From positions 805,053-869,052 of the forward strand of contig NZ_JAAHIH010000001.1 in the NCBI RefSeq assembly GCF_010671925.1: a stretch of DNA of 64,000 bases, given 5' to 3'. The position numbers and the translations under genes are program-made. The DNA is from Moorena sp. SIOASIH (lineage in GTDB: Bacteria; Cyanobacteriota; Cyanobacteriia; Cyanobacteriales; Coleofasciculaceae). Positions within the stretch are counted from its first letter, which is position 1. Every line of letters starts with the position of its first letter. The notes beneath the pieces are model-generated. The model was not told the origin of the DNA. It saw only the letters and a program-made list of their open reading frames with translations, and did no database searches. Positions 30,151 to 41,184 of this stretch are shown here, piece after piece.

Positions 30151-31985
30151 ATCGAACTGCCATTATCTGCGTTGATGACGAACAAACTATCCTAGATAGT
30201 CTGAAGATGGAGTTAGAAACTACTTTGGGAGATAACTATCTGATTGAAATTACCCAAGGTGGGGAAGAAGCTTTAGAAGTATTCTCAGAATTAGTAGAGG
30301 ATAACTATGAAGTTGCGCTGGTTATTTCCGACTACATCATGCCCAATCTGAAAGGGGATGAATTACTCAAGCGCATTCATAATATTTCACCCAAAACCCT
30401 CAAAATTATGTTGACTGGGCAAGCGGATTTGGAAGCGGTGGGAAATGTGATTAACTATGCTAAATTATATCGTTATATCCCTAAACCTTGGCAGGCTGAC
30501 GACCTCAGAATCACGGTAAAAGAGGCATTGTATAGTTATTCTCAGGATAAGGCGCTAGCTGAAAAAAATGCTCAACTCCAGACAATGAATAAAGCGCTAG
30601 AACAATCAAACCGCGAACAAGCTGACTTAATTTCCCAACTCCACGAAAATGAGAATCGCTTGAGGCAGTTCTTAGAAGCTATGCCTGTGGGAGTATGTGT
30701 AACCGATGCCAAGGGTAAGCCTTATTTGATCAATAAAGCTGGACAGCAGATTTCAGACCGAGCCATCATAGAGTCAGCTACAGGGTCACAGTTACAAGAC
30801 ACTTATCAGATTTATCTCGCTGGAACTGAGCAACTTTACCCGAAAGCAGAGAATCCGATTTTGAGGGCGTTGCAGGGGGAGAGTGTAGCAGTTGACGATA
30901 TGGAAATACGCCAACGGGACAAGATGATTCCTGTAGAAGCTTGGGGTACACCTATCTATGATCAAGACGGAAATGTGGCCTATGCGATCGCAGCCTTTCA
31001 AGACATCACCGAACGTAAACGAGCCGAAGCCGAGCGGGAGCGATTACTCGCGGAACTCTCTCAACTGAATCAGGATTTGCAGCAAGCCAATGCCCAACTA
31101 GAAGACTATTCCCACAACTTAGAAGAGAAAGTAGAACAAAGAACCGTCGAATTAAAAGCTGCTCAACAGCAGATTGTTGTCCAAGAAAAACTTGCCTCCC
31201 TCGGGGCGTTAACCGCAGGTATTGCCCATGAGCTCAGAAATCCTCTCAATTTTGTTAACAACTATGCTGAAGGTTCGGTTGAGCTGGTGGAGGAAGCGAT
31301 TGAAGAACTTGACAACCAATCTGAACATCTCGATCCAGACGCTGTAGACTATCTCAAAGAGATTTTAACCGACATCAAAGAAAATTCCCTAGCCATCAAT
31401 AAGCACGGTAACAGAGCCGATGGCATTATTAGCAGTATGATGCTGCACGCACGAAGCGAGAGCTCTCAACATCAACTGACTGACCTCAATGAACTTTTAG
31501 CCGAAGCAGTACAGTTGGTGTATCACAGCAAGCGAGCCTCTGACAATCGCTTCAATATTACGATTGACACAGATTACGATAACTCTATTGAACAATTAGA
31601 GCTAGTATCAAATGATCTCAGCCGCGCCTTCATTAACCTACTTGACAATAGTTGCTATGCGGTTCAAGCCAAACAGCAATCTTATCAGTCAAATCCAGAT
31701 CAGGTGGACGAAGCCTTTACCCCGACATTGCGGGTCAAAACCCAAAATCTGGAGCAGACGGTAGAAATCCGCATCCGTGACAATGGTATAGGGATACCAC
31801 CGAAGATTCAAGAGAAAATTTTCCATCCTTTCTTTACCACTAAACCAACTGGAGAAGGAACAGGATTAGGATTATCAATGACCCATGATATCATCGTCGG
31901 TCAACATGGAGGAACCTTGAAGCTGGAAACTGAAGTGGGAGCGTATAGTGAATTTATCATCACTTTACCTAAACCAGGCGAATAG
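30147..31985 (+). CDS. REC-PAS-HisKA-HATPase_c histidine kinase (receiver-modulated kinase). The start is taken at the ATG at 30147, which overlaps the upstream stop.
   Basis: N-terminal receiver (IICVDDEQT...VISDYIMPNLKGD...KP), a PAS segment (RLRQFLEAMPVGVCVTD), the H-box AGIAHELRNPLNFV, and an ATPase (DNGIGIPPKIQEKIFHPFFTTKPTGEGTGLGL). Confidence 0.85.
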   Translation: MNRTAIICVDDEQTILDSLKMELETTLGDNYLIEITQGGEEALEVFSELVEDNYEVALVISDYIMPNLKGDELLKRIHNISPKTLKIMLTGQADLEAVGNVINYAKLYRYIPKPWQADDLRITVKEALYSYSQDKALAEKNAQLQTMNKALEQSNREQADLISQLHENENRLRQFLEAMPVGVCVTDAKGKPYLINKAGQQISDRAIIESATGSQLQDTYQIYLAGTEQLYPKAENPILRALQGESVAVDDMEIRQRDKMIPVEAWGTPIYDQDGNVAYAIAAFQDITERKRAEAERERLLAELSQLNQDLQQANAQLEDYSHNLEEKVEQRTVELKAAQQQIVVQEKLASLGALTAGIAHELRNPLNFVNNYAEGSVELVEEAIEELDNQSEHLDPDAVDYLKEILTDIKENSLAINKHGNRADGIISSMMLHARSESSQHQLTDLNELLAEAVQLVYHSKRASDNRFNITIDTDYDNSIEQLELVSNDLSRAFINLLDNSCYAVQAKQQSYQSNPDQVDEAFTPTLRVKTQNLEQTVEIRIRDNGIGIPPKIQEKIFHPFFTTKPTGEGTGLGLSMTHDIIVGQHGGTLKLETEVGAYSEFIITLPKPGE

Positions 31986-32125
31986 AGCTTATCATTTCAG
32001 ACTTGAGTATTTCGAACCTGCTTGATCAGGGAAATTAGCATCCTGGTCAAGCTACTACGTTTTCCATAGGTTTTCCCAGTGCCAGCAAATTAATTGACAT
32101 TAAAAATTGCTACTTAGCCTATTAA

Positions 32126-32497
32126 TTAGCTAAAGATATCCTTCAAAATGTCTGCTATTCCCTCTTCTTTATAATCCTTAAATTCACCAGCATCAAACCA
32201 GATACCATAGCATACCGGGCATTTTTCATACCGAATATGAGTCTGTTTTATATCAACCATTTTGGTCAGTTTTGTCTGGCATTTAGGGCAATTGATATCT
32301 CTAATTTCATTAAATTTACTCCCTGTTTTCGGGTCACCTGTATCTATAATCTCGGAACCTTTTATCTCCTTCAACAGTTGAGCTTCCATGGAATCAAACC
32401 AGATCCCTTGACAACTGGTGCAGCGGTCTACAGGAATAGTTGAATACACAACTGCTTCTAAGGTTCCTTCACATTTAGGGCATTTAAGCTGGGTCAT
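32126..32497 (-). CDS. Small protein with two tandem zf-TFIIB-type zinc-ribbon domains.
   Basis: Two copies of the pattern CPKC...(13-15 aa)...(D/E)xCxxCxGIWFDxGE. 123 aa. Confidence 0.6.
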   Translation of the reverse strand: MTQLKCPKCEGTLEAVVYSTIPVDRCTSCQGIWFDSMEAQLLKEIKGSEIIDTGDPKTGSKFNEIRDINCPKCQTKLTKMVDIKQTHIRYEKCPVCYGIWFDAGEFKDYKEEGIADILKDIFS

Positions 32498-32710
32498 TTG
32501 GCTAAACCATCTCTAGGATTTACATATCATACTCGGTAGCCAGACATAATTCAAGTTGACTGTTCAGACCAGGGAACTTTGGATCGGGGATCGGGTATCT
32601 TGGAACAGAAAGGGTTTGAGCAACTTTAAGTTTCTTAACCAATTTAACATAATTAATTTAACATAAATTATGTCCAGTTATTTATTTTATACTTACCAAA
32701 AATAGAGATT

Positions 32711-34285
32711 TTATGATACAGCCAAAACCAGGAGTGACATAATAACTGCGACTGCTCCTAGAACAACTAGTCCCATCTGCCGGAGCAAAAAGACTTCAGC
32801 TCCAGACCACCCAACAGCAGTGGCAGCAATAATAGCGCGAGCAGGTGAAATCATCGTGGCGTGGGCGCTAGCTCCGTTCTGAGCTCCCATCAGCCACTCT
32901 AGTGGTAAGCCAGACTGAATGCTTACCTCTTGTTGTAATTGGGAAAGCAGGGCATTACTCGCAGTATTTGAACCAGTAATCCAGCCTCCTAGAGCAGCTA
33001 ACCAAGGTGCAACCCATATATACTTGTCACCAAGTGTTGCTGCGGCCATGCCTAGACTAGCTATCATGCCACTGGCTTGCATAACTTGAGAGGCTGCTAG
33101 AAAACAGGCGAGTGCTATGGCTCCAGGGATAAATTGTTGCCAAGCTTGTATTGTTATTACTTGCAGTTTGTGTACGACTGTTCCCAAAATTGTGACTGTA
33201 GCCAAAGCTGTCAAAAGTAAATAAAAGCCTGGGTTGTAAAGCAGCGGTAGATTTAGATTGATGGCAGCTATGGATATCACAAAATGGCTCTTCAGCCAAA
33301 TTTTTATAGGAACAACTAAGCGAGAAATCAGCAGAATTGCTGTCAGAATCCCGTAGGGAGCTATTACCTGCCAGAGGGATACTTTAGTAATACCATGCTC
33401 AGCAGAATCATGAGCCGTTTTTTCGGAACTATTACGGGCAGTGTTGACTAGATTTACTGTTCTTTTTCGTTTTGCCTTATGAAATAGCTTATGAAATAGT
33501 TTTCGGTTTGCCCACACCACTAAGAATGACATCACCAGTGTGCTGCCAAGTACACCGGCCAGTTCAACCCCAGGAATCCAACTGAACCCCCAAACTCCTA
33601 TGGTAAGAACCACTCCGGCAGCGATCGCTTCTGGCCATCGGCGTTGCACGGATTTCTTTCCGCCACTCACTGCTAGTGCCACCAGTCCGTAAACTACGGG
33701 CAGAGGAGCAGTCAAAAGAGCAGTACTCGAACCTAGAATACTAGGATCTAGATTAGTTATTTCTGCTCCAAGAACTGTACCTATGGCTAGCCCTCCCCAA
33801 GGTACAGCCATTTGACCCAAAATACCCAGTATAGCTGACTGAGCAGAACTATAACCTAATGCGAGAAACAGTGGAATTACTAAAATCGTACCAACTCCAA
33901 ATCCACTAACTGACTCGGCAAAAGGAGCGAACCCAATCACTAGCAGCAACACCTGTAAGTCTCGCTCAGGAACTAAGCGAGCAATACCCCGTCCTAAAAG
34001 GCTCATACCATCTACAGACTTGAGCAGATAGTAAAGTAGCAAACTTGGAAATAGCACGTAGAACACTGATAGTGATGTCGCAAGTCCCTTGACCAAAGCC
34101 AGTAGTAATTGCCCAGGAAACAAACGAAAAACAGGAAATAGTAGTGTTGAACCTATAGCAGCTATCAAAGTAGCAAGTCCTGCCTGTTGGCTTGGTCGCT
34201 GCAATACCACTAGCATTACTATGGCTACCCACAGGGGCATAGTAGCAATTATGATTTCCAAGACATTTGTCTCCTGTATTAACAA
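32711..34285 (-). CDS. Lactate-permease-like (LctP family) membrane transporter.
   Basis: 524 aa, polytopic. The FAESVSGFGVGTILVIPLFLALGY and PWGGLAIGTVLGAEI segments match the LctP family pattern. Confidence 0.65.
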   Translation of the reverse strand: MLIQETNVLEIIIATMPLWVAIVMLVVLQRPSQQAGLATLIAAIGSTLLFPVFRLFPGQLLLALVKGLATSLSVFYVLFPSLLLYYLLKSVDGMSLLGRGIARLVPERDLQVLLLVIGFAPFAESVSGFGVGTILVIPLFLALGYSSAQSAILGILGQMAVPWGGLAIGTVLGAEITNLDPSILGSSTALLTAPLPVVYGLVALAVSGGKKSVQRRWPEAIAAGVVLTIGVWGFSWIPGVELAGVLGSTLVMSFLVVWANRKLFHKLFHKAKRKRTVNLVNTARNSSEKTAHDSAEHGITKVSLWQVIAPYGILTAILLISRLVVPIKIWLKSHFVISIAAINLNLPLLYNPGFYLLLTALATVTILGTVVHKLQVITIQAWQQFIPGAIALACFLAASQVMQASGMIASLGMAAATLGDKYIWVAPWLAALGGWITGSNTASNALLSQLQQEVSIQSGLPLEWLMGAQNGASAHATMISPARAIIAATAVGWSGAEVFLLRQMGLVVLGAVAVIMSLLVLAVS

Positions 34286-34293
34286 TAGTTAAT

Positions 34294-34519
34294 CGTAAGC
34301 ATTCAGCTAATGCGCTACGCGCACGCTACTTGAGGTGCCGTCAGCCGTCAGCTATCATGCTAATCAACGGGAGGTAGTAAAAAAGCTGGGGGGTGCTGGT
34401 ACGGCTGGTTGAAAATCCCTGCTCGTACTGATCCGACCCTGTGGAGTTAAAGGGCCTGCTAGCACCTCAAGTAGCGTGCGCGCAGCGCATTAGCTGATAG
34501 CTGACGGCTGAATGCTTAC
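34294..34519. mobile_element. MITE-like element, ~226 bp, with ~45-bp terminal inverted repeats (GTAAGCATTCAGC..TAATGCGCTACGCGCACGCTACTTGAGGTGC) around a ~130-bp core.
   Basis: The left arm at 34294-34340 is the near-perfect reverse complement of the right arm at 34463-34519. Related terminal-repeat fragments recur at 10600-10690, 53095-53150, 59095-59215, 61143-61215, 62140-62245 and 62375-62568. Confidence 0.55.
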
Positions 34520-34521
34520 AG

Positions 34522-35337
34522 TTAATCTACTTTTGCTAGCTGGCGGCTATCTAAATTAGGATTCTGAGATAAGTTGATAGCTGGAGCTTGAGACAACAGC
34601 TTTTCGGTGAACTGCATGTCTCTAAACTGCTGTAATTGGTTTAGTTTGATTTCCAACTCATCTATCCTTTGGATAAGTTTATCAACCACATTAGCTACTG
34701 GATCCGGGATGTTACTGTGAGCAAGTGGACTAATCGGTTTGGCGAATTGCCTAACTATTCGTCCCGGAATCCCAACAACAGTGCAGTCATTAGGAACAGA
34801 GCTTAAAACTACTGAGCCTGCTCCAATACGGCTATTGTTACCAATTTCAATGTCCCCAAGAATTTTTGCTCCCGCTCCGACGATTACATTTTTTCCCACA
34901 GTAGGATGACGTTTACCTAGTTGTTTGCCAGTCCCACCTAAAGTAACACCTTGATAAATTAAGGTTCCATCTCCAACGATGGCGGTTTGCCCAATTACTA
35001 CACCTGCACCGTGATCAATAAATATGCCCCGACCAAGGGTAGCACCTGGATGAATGTCAATTCCTGTTAGCCAACGGACAATGTAGGATACGAAGCGAGA
35101 CAGCCAAAATAAACGGTGGCGATATAAGATATGGGCAAAGCGATGAACCGTAACTGCCTGTAAGCCTGGATAGCAAGTTAACACCTCAAGCCAAGAGCAT
35201 GCAGCAGGATCTTTCTCAAACACAGCCTCAAAATCTGCTCGAATAGAATCCCACAAGCCTAAAGTAGATGAAGCTGTGGTTTGGCCATGTTTATTCAAAG
35301 CTTCAAGAGAATGCTTCATTTCTGATTTTTGTTTCAT
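34522..35337 (-). CDS. cysE: Serine O-acetyltransferase.
   Basis: An N-terminal SATase helical domain (VHRFAHILYR), then hexapeptide repeats (HPGATLGRGIFIDHGAGVVIGQTAIVGDGTLIYQGVTLGGTG...IGAGSVVL). Confidence 0.85.
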   Translation of the reverse strand: MKQKSEMKHSLEALNKHGQTTASSTLGLWDSIRADFEAVFEKDPAACSWLEVLTCYPGLQAVTVHRFAHILYRHRLFWLSRFVSYIVRWLTGIDIHPGATLGRGIFIDHGAGVVIGQTAIVGDGTLIYQGVTLGGTGKQLGKRHPTVGKNVIVGAGAKILGDIEIGNNSRIGAGSVVLSSVPNDCTVVGIPGRIVRQFAKPISPLAHSNIPDPVANVVDKLIQRIDELEIKLNQLQQFRDMQFTEKLLSQAPAINLSQNPNLDSRQLAKVD

Positions 35338-35557
35338 TTTGAGTCAAAATAATATAGCAGTTAGCAGTGAGCTATCAGGCATCGGCTTTTTTGCTTTTCC
35401 TTGTCCTATGTGTCGTTCAGGGTTTTCAGGAGTACCTGATTAAATTGCCAACTGCTATAATAAATATCTGAGCAATTTGTGAGGATTTGGTATTTTGAAG
35501 CAGTAGAGTGATTTGATTGATGGACTCTACTTACTTCTATGCCACTCAATTATTCAC

Positions 35558-36274
35558 TCAATTTACAGCTGCCATCTGCTTAGTCATGGCTAATTTGTAG
35601 TTATTCGTCCAAAATGTATCCCAATTATGTTTGGCTTTCTGATAGCCAGCCGTTAAATTATCTACGGTAGATGGATCCGCATCAACTATCTCATTAATGG
35701 CATCTCTGACCTTTTGACGATGGATAATATCAGCTTCACCAACATGAAAGTTCCAAAACTCCCAATCAATGGTGTGTTTGTTTTCTTTGATGTATGGGTT
35801 TTTGACAAGATATTTGTACATAGTAGACAGATAAACTTGGCAAAGACACTCTCCGCCCATGCCACATAATCCAATAACATAGGTGGTAGGCTTGGTTAAA
35901 GTTAGTTGCTTTATCTCATCAAGCAAAATCTTATTTTCTTCGCTAAGAGAGTCTTCAAATAACTCTTGATTTAGACCAATACTTAACAGATATTTATCCC
36001 ATAGTTGGAGATGATTATTTTCATGATCTCCTTCCCCTAACTCTTCTGCTAGTATCTCAGCGGTTAAGCTTTTAAATTTGCCATAAGGAGCTTTGGAAAT
36101 TAGAATTGCCAGATTATCAGGAAACTCTTTGGTAAAATGACGGTACTGGATACATATCTGCTGTAAAGCTGACAGTGGGGCATGTTGTAAATATTGCAGT
36201 TTCTCATCAGCTAGATATTCAGCTTCCAGTCGAGAATGATCTGCCATAGTCCAAAATTCGTCACGAGTTTTCAT
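35558..36274 (-). CDS. Haem-oxygenase-fold diiron protein of the CADD / iron-containing-redox-enzyme family.
   Basis: 238 aa. The segment EILAEELGEGDHENNHLQLWDKYLLSIGLNQELF and a later HVGEADIIHRQ resemble the E..H and HxxE..H metal-ligand helices of CADD-like proteins. This is recalled from memory, not searched. Confidence 0.5.
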   Translation of the reverse strand: MKTRDEFWTMADHSRLEAEYLADEKLQYLQHAPLSALQQICIQYRHFTKEFPDNLAILISKAPYGKFKSLTAEILAEELGEGDHENNHLQLWDKYLLSIGLNQELFEDSLSEENKILLDEIKQLTLTKPTTYVIGLCGMGGECLCQVYLSTMYKYLVKNPYIKENKHTIDWEFWNFHVGEADIIHRQKVRDAINEIVDADPSTVDNLTAGYQKAKHNWDTFWTNNYKLAMTKQMAAVN

Positions 36275-36539
36275 TTTTTTTATCCTTTGTGTGTTTTATC
36301 TTCGCTCTATAACTACCATCAGTCGCTAATCTGAAAATTCCCTGAGTTTTCTCTTAAATTAACTGGTTAATCAGCTGTGAAGCATCTAATTTGAAATGCC
36401 TTATAATTATCAAATTTATATGAAATAGCTTCATGAATTCTACATATAGTTTTTTTTATAGGTATAAATACGCGCTATTTTATTTACAAATAATGGTGAG
36501 CTGATAATTGCTAAAAGCTGTGTAACTTGGCTTTTATAT

Positions 36540-36612
36540 TGCCTATTTCCTATTGCCTATTCCCTATTGCCTATTTCTTATTCCTTATTGCCTATTCCCT
36601 ATTGCCTATTCC
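36540..36612. repeat. (CCTATTG/CCTATTC) heptamer array.
   Basis: Read directly. Confidence 0.85.
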
Positions 36613-36678
36613 CAGCGTGTAGCGCTCTAATAGGTAAATGGCAGTAAAAATCCCACGTGCTTTTAGGCGTGGTAGTGT

Positions 36679-36715
36679 AAAAAAAACCGGCTTCTGCTAG
36701 GAAACCGGGTTTTTC
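36679..36715 (-). terminator. Rho-independent terminator downstream of thiC: stem AAAAACCGG / CCGGGTTTTT, 14-nt loop, U-run.
   Basis: The hairpin sits 27 nt after the thiC stop. The A-run on the plus strand gives a U-run on the minus-strand transcript. Confidence 0.55.
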
Positions 36716-36741
36716 AAAGATTTAGTTTATTGATGATTGAA

Positions 36742-38225
<1,484 letters not shown>

Positions 38226-38359
38226 CTATCACAAAAAAATCCTTCGGATTTAGGATCGCGCTCCTTGCCATAGATTCACACGTGGGGAATCTATGGAATT
38301 CGAGATTATTTAGATTAGCTTATGGAATTTTGAACAGGAATATTTATATCCTTATTCTT

Positions 38360-38413
38360 TTTTAAGATTTAATTTAAAAAGAATACAGGACAGTGCTTAG
38401 TTACACTGTCCTG
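38360..38413 (-). terminator. Hairpin (CAGGACAGTG-loop-CACTGTCCTG) plus a U-rich tract downstream of ftsH.
   Basis: A perfect 10-bp stem about 100 nt after the ftsH stop on the minus strand. Confidence 0.45.
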
Positions 38414-38515
38414 TTACGGTGTTCTATTAAGGTATCCTGTTACGGATGATTAACGGCTCGACGCTATTGTATTCAGCATTGTATTCACCTAGGTGATTGC
38501 CCACATCGCCTTGTG

Positions 38516-40357
38516 TTAAAGAGCGATCGCAGCCATCTTGACATCGTTAGTGCTTAAAATCTCTTGGAGTTCCTCAGCATCTACGGTTTCTTTATCAATC
38601 AGCATTTCAGCAAGCTTATCGAGGATGTGCTTATTGCTAAGAATTACATTCTTAGCCCGTTCGTAGGCTTCATCAACTAGCTTGCGAACCTCTTCATCAA
38701 TGGTTGATGCTGTGGCATCTGAGAAATCCCGGTCTGAAGCAATATCCCGACCTAGGAACATACTGCCATTCTGCCGTCCTAGGGCAACTGGACCAAGGCG
38801 ATCGCTCATACCATAGCGCATTACCATCTGCCGTGCCACCCGAGTCACCTGTTGCAAGTCATTGGAAGCACCTGTGGTCACTTCTTCTTCACCGAAGATA
38901 ATTTCTTCAGCAATCCGACCACCTAAGGCCACTGCCATCTGATTTTGCAGGTAAGAACGGGAAAACATGCCTGAATCCATCCGGTCTTCGCTAGGGGTGA
39001 ACCAAGTCAAACCACCAGCACGACCCCGAGGAATAATGCTAATTTTCTGCACTGGGTCATAATCAGGCATTAAGGCACCCACAAGGGCGTGACCTGCTTC
39101 GTGAAACGCTACTAGGGTTTTCCGTTTCTCGCTCATCACCCGGTCTTTCTTCTCTGGCCCTGCAAGTACCCGGTCAATGGCATCATTCACCTCATCCATC
39201 GAGATTTCGGTTAAGTTGCGACGGGCTGCCAAAATTGCTGCTTCATTGAGCAAGTTGGATAAATCTGCTCCGGTGAAACCAGGGGTCCGACGGGCAATCT
39301 TTTCTAGATCCACATCTTTGGCGAGGGTTTTACCACGAGCATGAACGTTGAGAATTTCCAAACGTCCGGCATAATCAGGACGGTCTACTACTACTTGTCG
39401 ATCAAAACGACCAGGGCGTAGTAGGGCAGCATCAAGAACATCTGGGCGGTTGGTAGCAGCAATAATGATAATACCGGTATTACCTTCAAACCCATCCATT
39501 TCAGTCAGTAACTGGTTAAGGGTTTGCTCCCGTTCATCATTACCACCGCCTAAACCGGCACCCCGCTGACGCCCCACAGCATCGATTTCATCAATAAATA
39601 CAATACACGGAGCATTGTTCTTGGCTTGCTCAAATAGGTCCCGCACCCGAGAAGCACCAACCCCTACGAACATCTCGACGAACTCAGAACCAGAGATGGA
39701 GAAAAATGGAACACCTGCTTCCCCAGCTACTGCACGAGCTAAGAGAGTTTTACCGGTTCCTGGAGGTCCCACGAGCAGGACTCCCTTGGGAATTTTAGCC
39801 CCAATAGCAGTGAAGCGGTCAGCATTTTTGAGGAAGTCTACTACTTCGTTAAGTTCTAGCTTGGCTTGCTCAATACCCGCCACATCCCCAAAGGTTACCT
39901 GAGTTTGGGGTTCCATTTGGACTCTAGCCTTGGACTTGCCAAAGTTCATGGCTTGAGAACCTGGACCATTCTGGGCACGCCGCAGTAATAGAAACAATCC
40001 CACCAAGAGCAGAATCGGGAAGAAGAAGCTGCTTAAGGTCTTGAACCAGAAGCCTTCATCATTCTGGGGTAGAACTGAAATATCTACACCGTTATCATTC
40101 AGAAGGTTGATTAGTTGTGGGTCATTGGGGAGATTGACCTCTACCTGACGACCATCTTGAGCGATCGCGATCGCTTTACTGCGGTCAGCGCTAATTCTAA
40201 CCGTTTCCACTTTGCCGGTCTTGACTTGGCTAATCAGCTGGTCGTAGCGCCACGTATCTCGACTTGGGGACGGTTTGTCCAAAAATGCTGTACCAAGGGC
40301 GATCACTACTATGGCTAGGAGTGCATACAGCCCTGCGTTTCTCCACTTTTTATTCAC
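38516..40357 (-). CDS. ftsH: ATP-dependent zinc metalloprotease FtsH.
   Basis: An N-terminal TM pair, AAA Walker A GPPGTGKT, the SRH, the HEAGH zinc site, and the C-terminal tail. 613 aa. Confidence 0.95.
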   Translation of the reverse strand: MNKKWRNAGLYALLAIVVIALGTAFLDKPSPSRDTWRYDQLISQVKTGKVETVRISADRSKAIAIAQDGRQVEVNLPNDPQLINLLNDNGVDISVLPQNDEGFWFKTLSSFFFPILLLVGLFLLLRRAQNGPGSQAMNFGKSKARVQMEPQTQVTFGDVAGIEQAKLELNEVVDFLKNADRFTAIGAKIPKGVLLVGPPGTGKTLLARAVAGEAGVPFFSISGSEFVEMFVGVGASRVRDLFEQAKNNAPCIVFIDEIDAVGRQRGAGLGGGNDEREQTLNQLLTEMDGFEGNTGIIIIAATNRPDVLDAALLRPGRFDRQVVVDRPDYAGRLEILNVHARGKTLAKDVDLEKIARRTPGFTGADLSNLLNEAAILAARRNLTEISMDEVNDAIDRVLAGPEKKDRVMSEKRKTLVAFHEAGHALVGALMPDYDPVQKISIIPRGRAGGLTWFTPSEDRMDSGMFSRSYLQNQMAVALGGRIAEEIIFGEEEVTTGASNDLQQVTRVARQMVMRYGMSDRLGPVALGRQNGSMFLGRDIASDRDFSDATASTIDEEVRKLVDEAYERAKNVILSNKHILDKLAEMLIDKETVDAEELQEILSTNDVKMAAIAL

Positions 40358-40531
40358 TCGTTGTTACCTCCATAGATTCGAGGATGTGGCAAATATAGAA
40401 TTTAGCTTCTTATATTAATTTATGTTAACCTTTCTGAGGAAAACTGGGCGGACTTTATCCTAAAACAGCCTTTCTGGAAGCGTTTTATCCCTTGTGATAC
40501 CTAAAAATAGTGTTTCGATGGCTGGTGTGGG

Positions 40532-40561
40532 TTGACCTAGAGCAATGCTTAATATTATAAT
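40532..40561 (+). promoter_or_regulatory. Candidate sigma70-type promoter (TTGACC-N18-TATAAT) for the mtn cluster.
   Basis: Near-consensus -35 and -10 hexamers about 40 nt upstream of the mtnD start. An AGGAGGGA Shine-Dalgarno lies before the ATG. Confidence 0.4.
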
Positions 40562-40598
40562 TTGAGACTTTGGATACCGAACAGCCAACAGGAGGGAC

Positions 40599-41156
40599 AT
40601 GATGGCGGTTTTGCGACTTGAAGATGGTACAACCTATACCGAGCTAAGTGATATTGCCCAAGAATTAGCGCCTCTGAAGGTTCAGCTAAATCACTGGTCT
40701 GTAGGGGACAACCCAGAAATTAAAACCCTTCTAGAGCAAGACACCCTTAGTGATATTGAAAAGGAGACAGTACTTAAAGCTTTAGATAGCTACTTTGAAC
40801 AACTTAAGGAAACCGCTGGCTATCAATCCCGTGACTTAATCGTTCTTTACCCAGACTTACCTAATCTTGATGCCCTCCTTTCCAAATTTAAGGATTGTCA
40901 CTACCATACTGATGATGAAGTGCGCTACATAGTTTCTGGAGAAGGGGTTTTTGGGTTTGTACGTCCTGATGGCAGCCAAATGGAGTTGACTGTGCAGCCT
41001 GAGGAGTACATTAATGTCCCAGCGAATACTGAACATTGGTTTTATCTGACACCATCACGACGGGTTAAAGCTGTGCGCTACTTTATCACTACTGAAGGCT
41101 GGGTTCCGGAGTACACGGGTACAGAAATTCGGATGAAGCCGGTAGTAGCTGTTTGA
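40599..41156 (+). CDS. mtnD: Acireductone dioxygenase (1,2-dihydroxy-3-keto-5-methylthiopentene dioxygenase).
   Basis: ARD cupin signature (CHYHTDDEVRYIVSGEGVFGF...HWFYLT). 185 aa. Confidence 0.85.
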   Translation: MMAVLRLEDGTTYTELSDIAQELAPLKVQLNHWSVGDNPEIKTLLEQDTLSDIEKETVLKALDSYFEQLKETAGYQSRDLIVLYPDLPNLDALLSKFKDCHYHTDDEVRYIVSGEGVFGFVRPDGSQMELTVQPEEYINVPANTEHWFYLTPSRRVKAVRYFITTEGWVPEYTGTEIRMKPVVAV

Positions 41157-41184
41157 GAATATCCGAGTTCATAACTTATTTAAT

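Noticed and set aside
35558-36274. TenA/thiaminase II assignment for the haem-oxygenase-fold protein because of its thiC neighbour
   Set aside because: The motif pattern (E..H and HxxE..H helices, no TenA-like active-site Cys context) fits the CADD/diiron family better. A terminator separates it from thiC.
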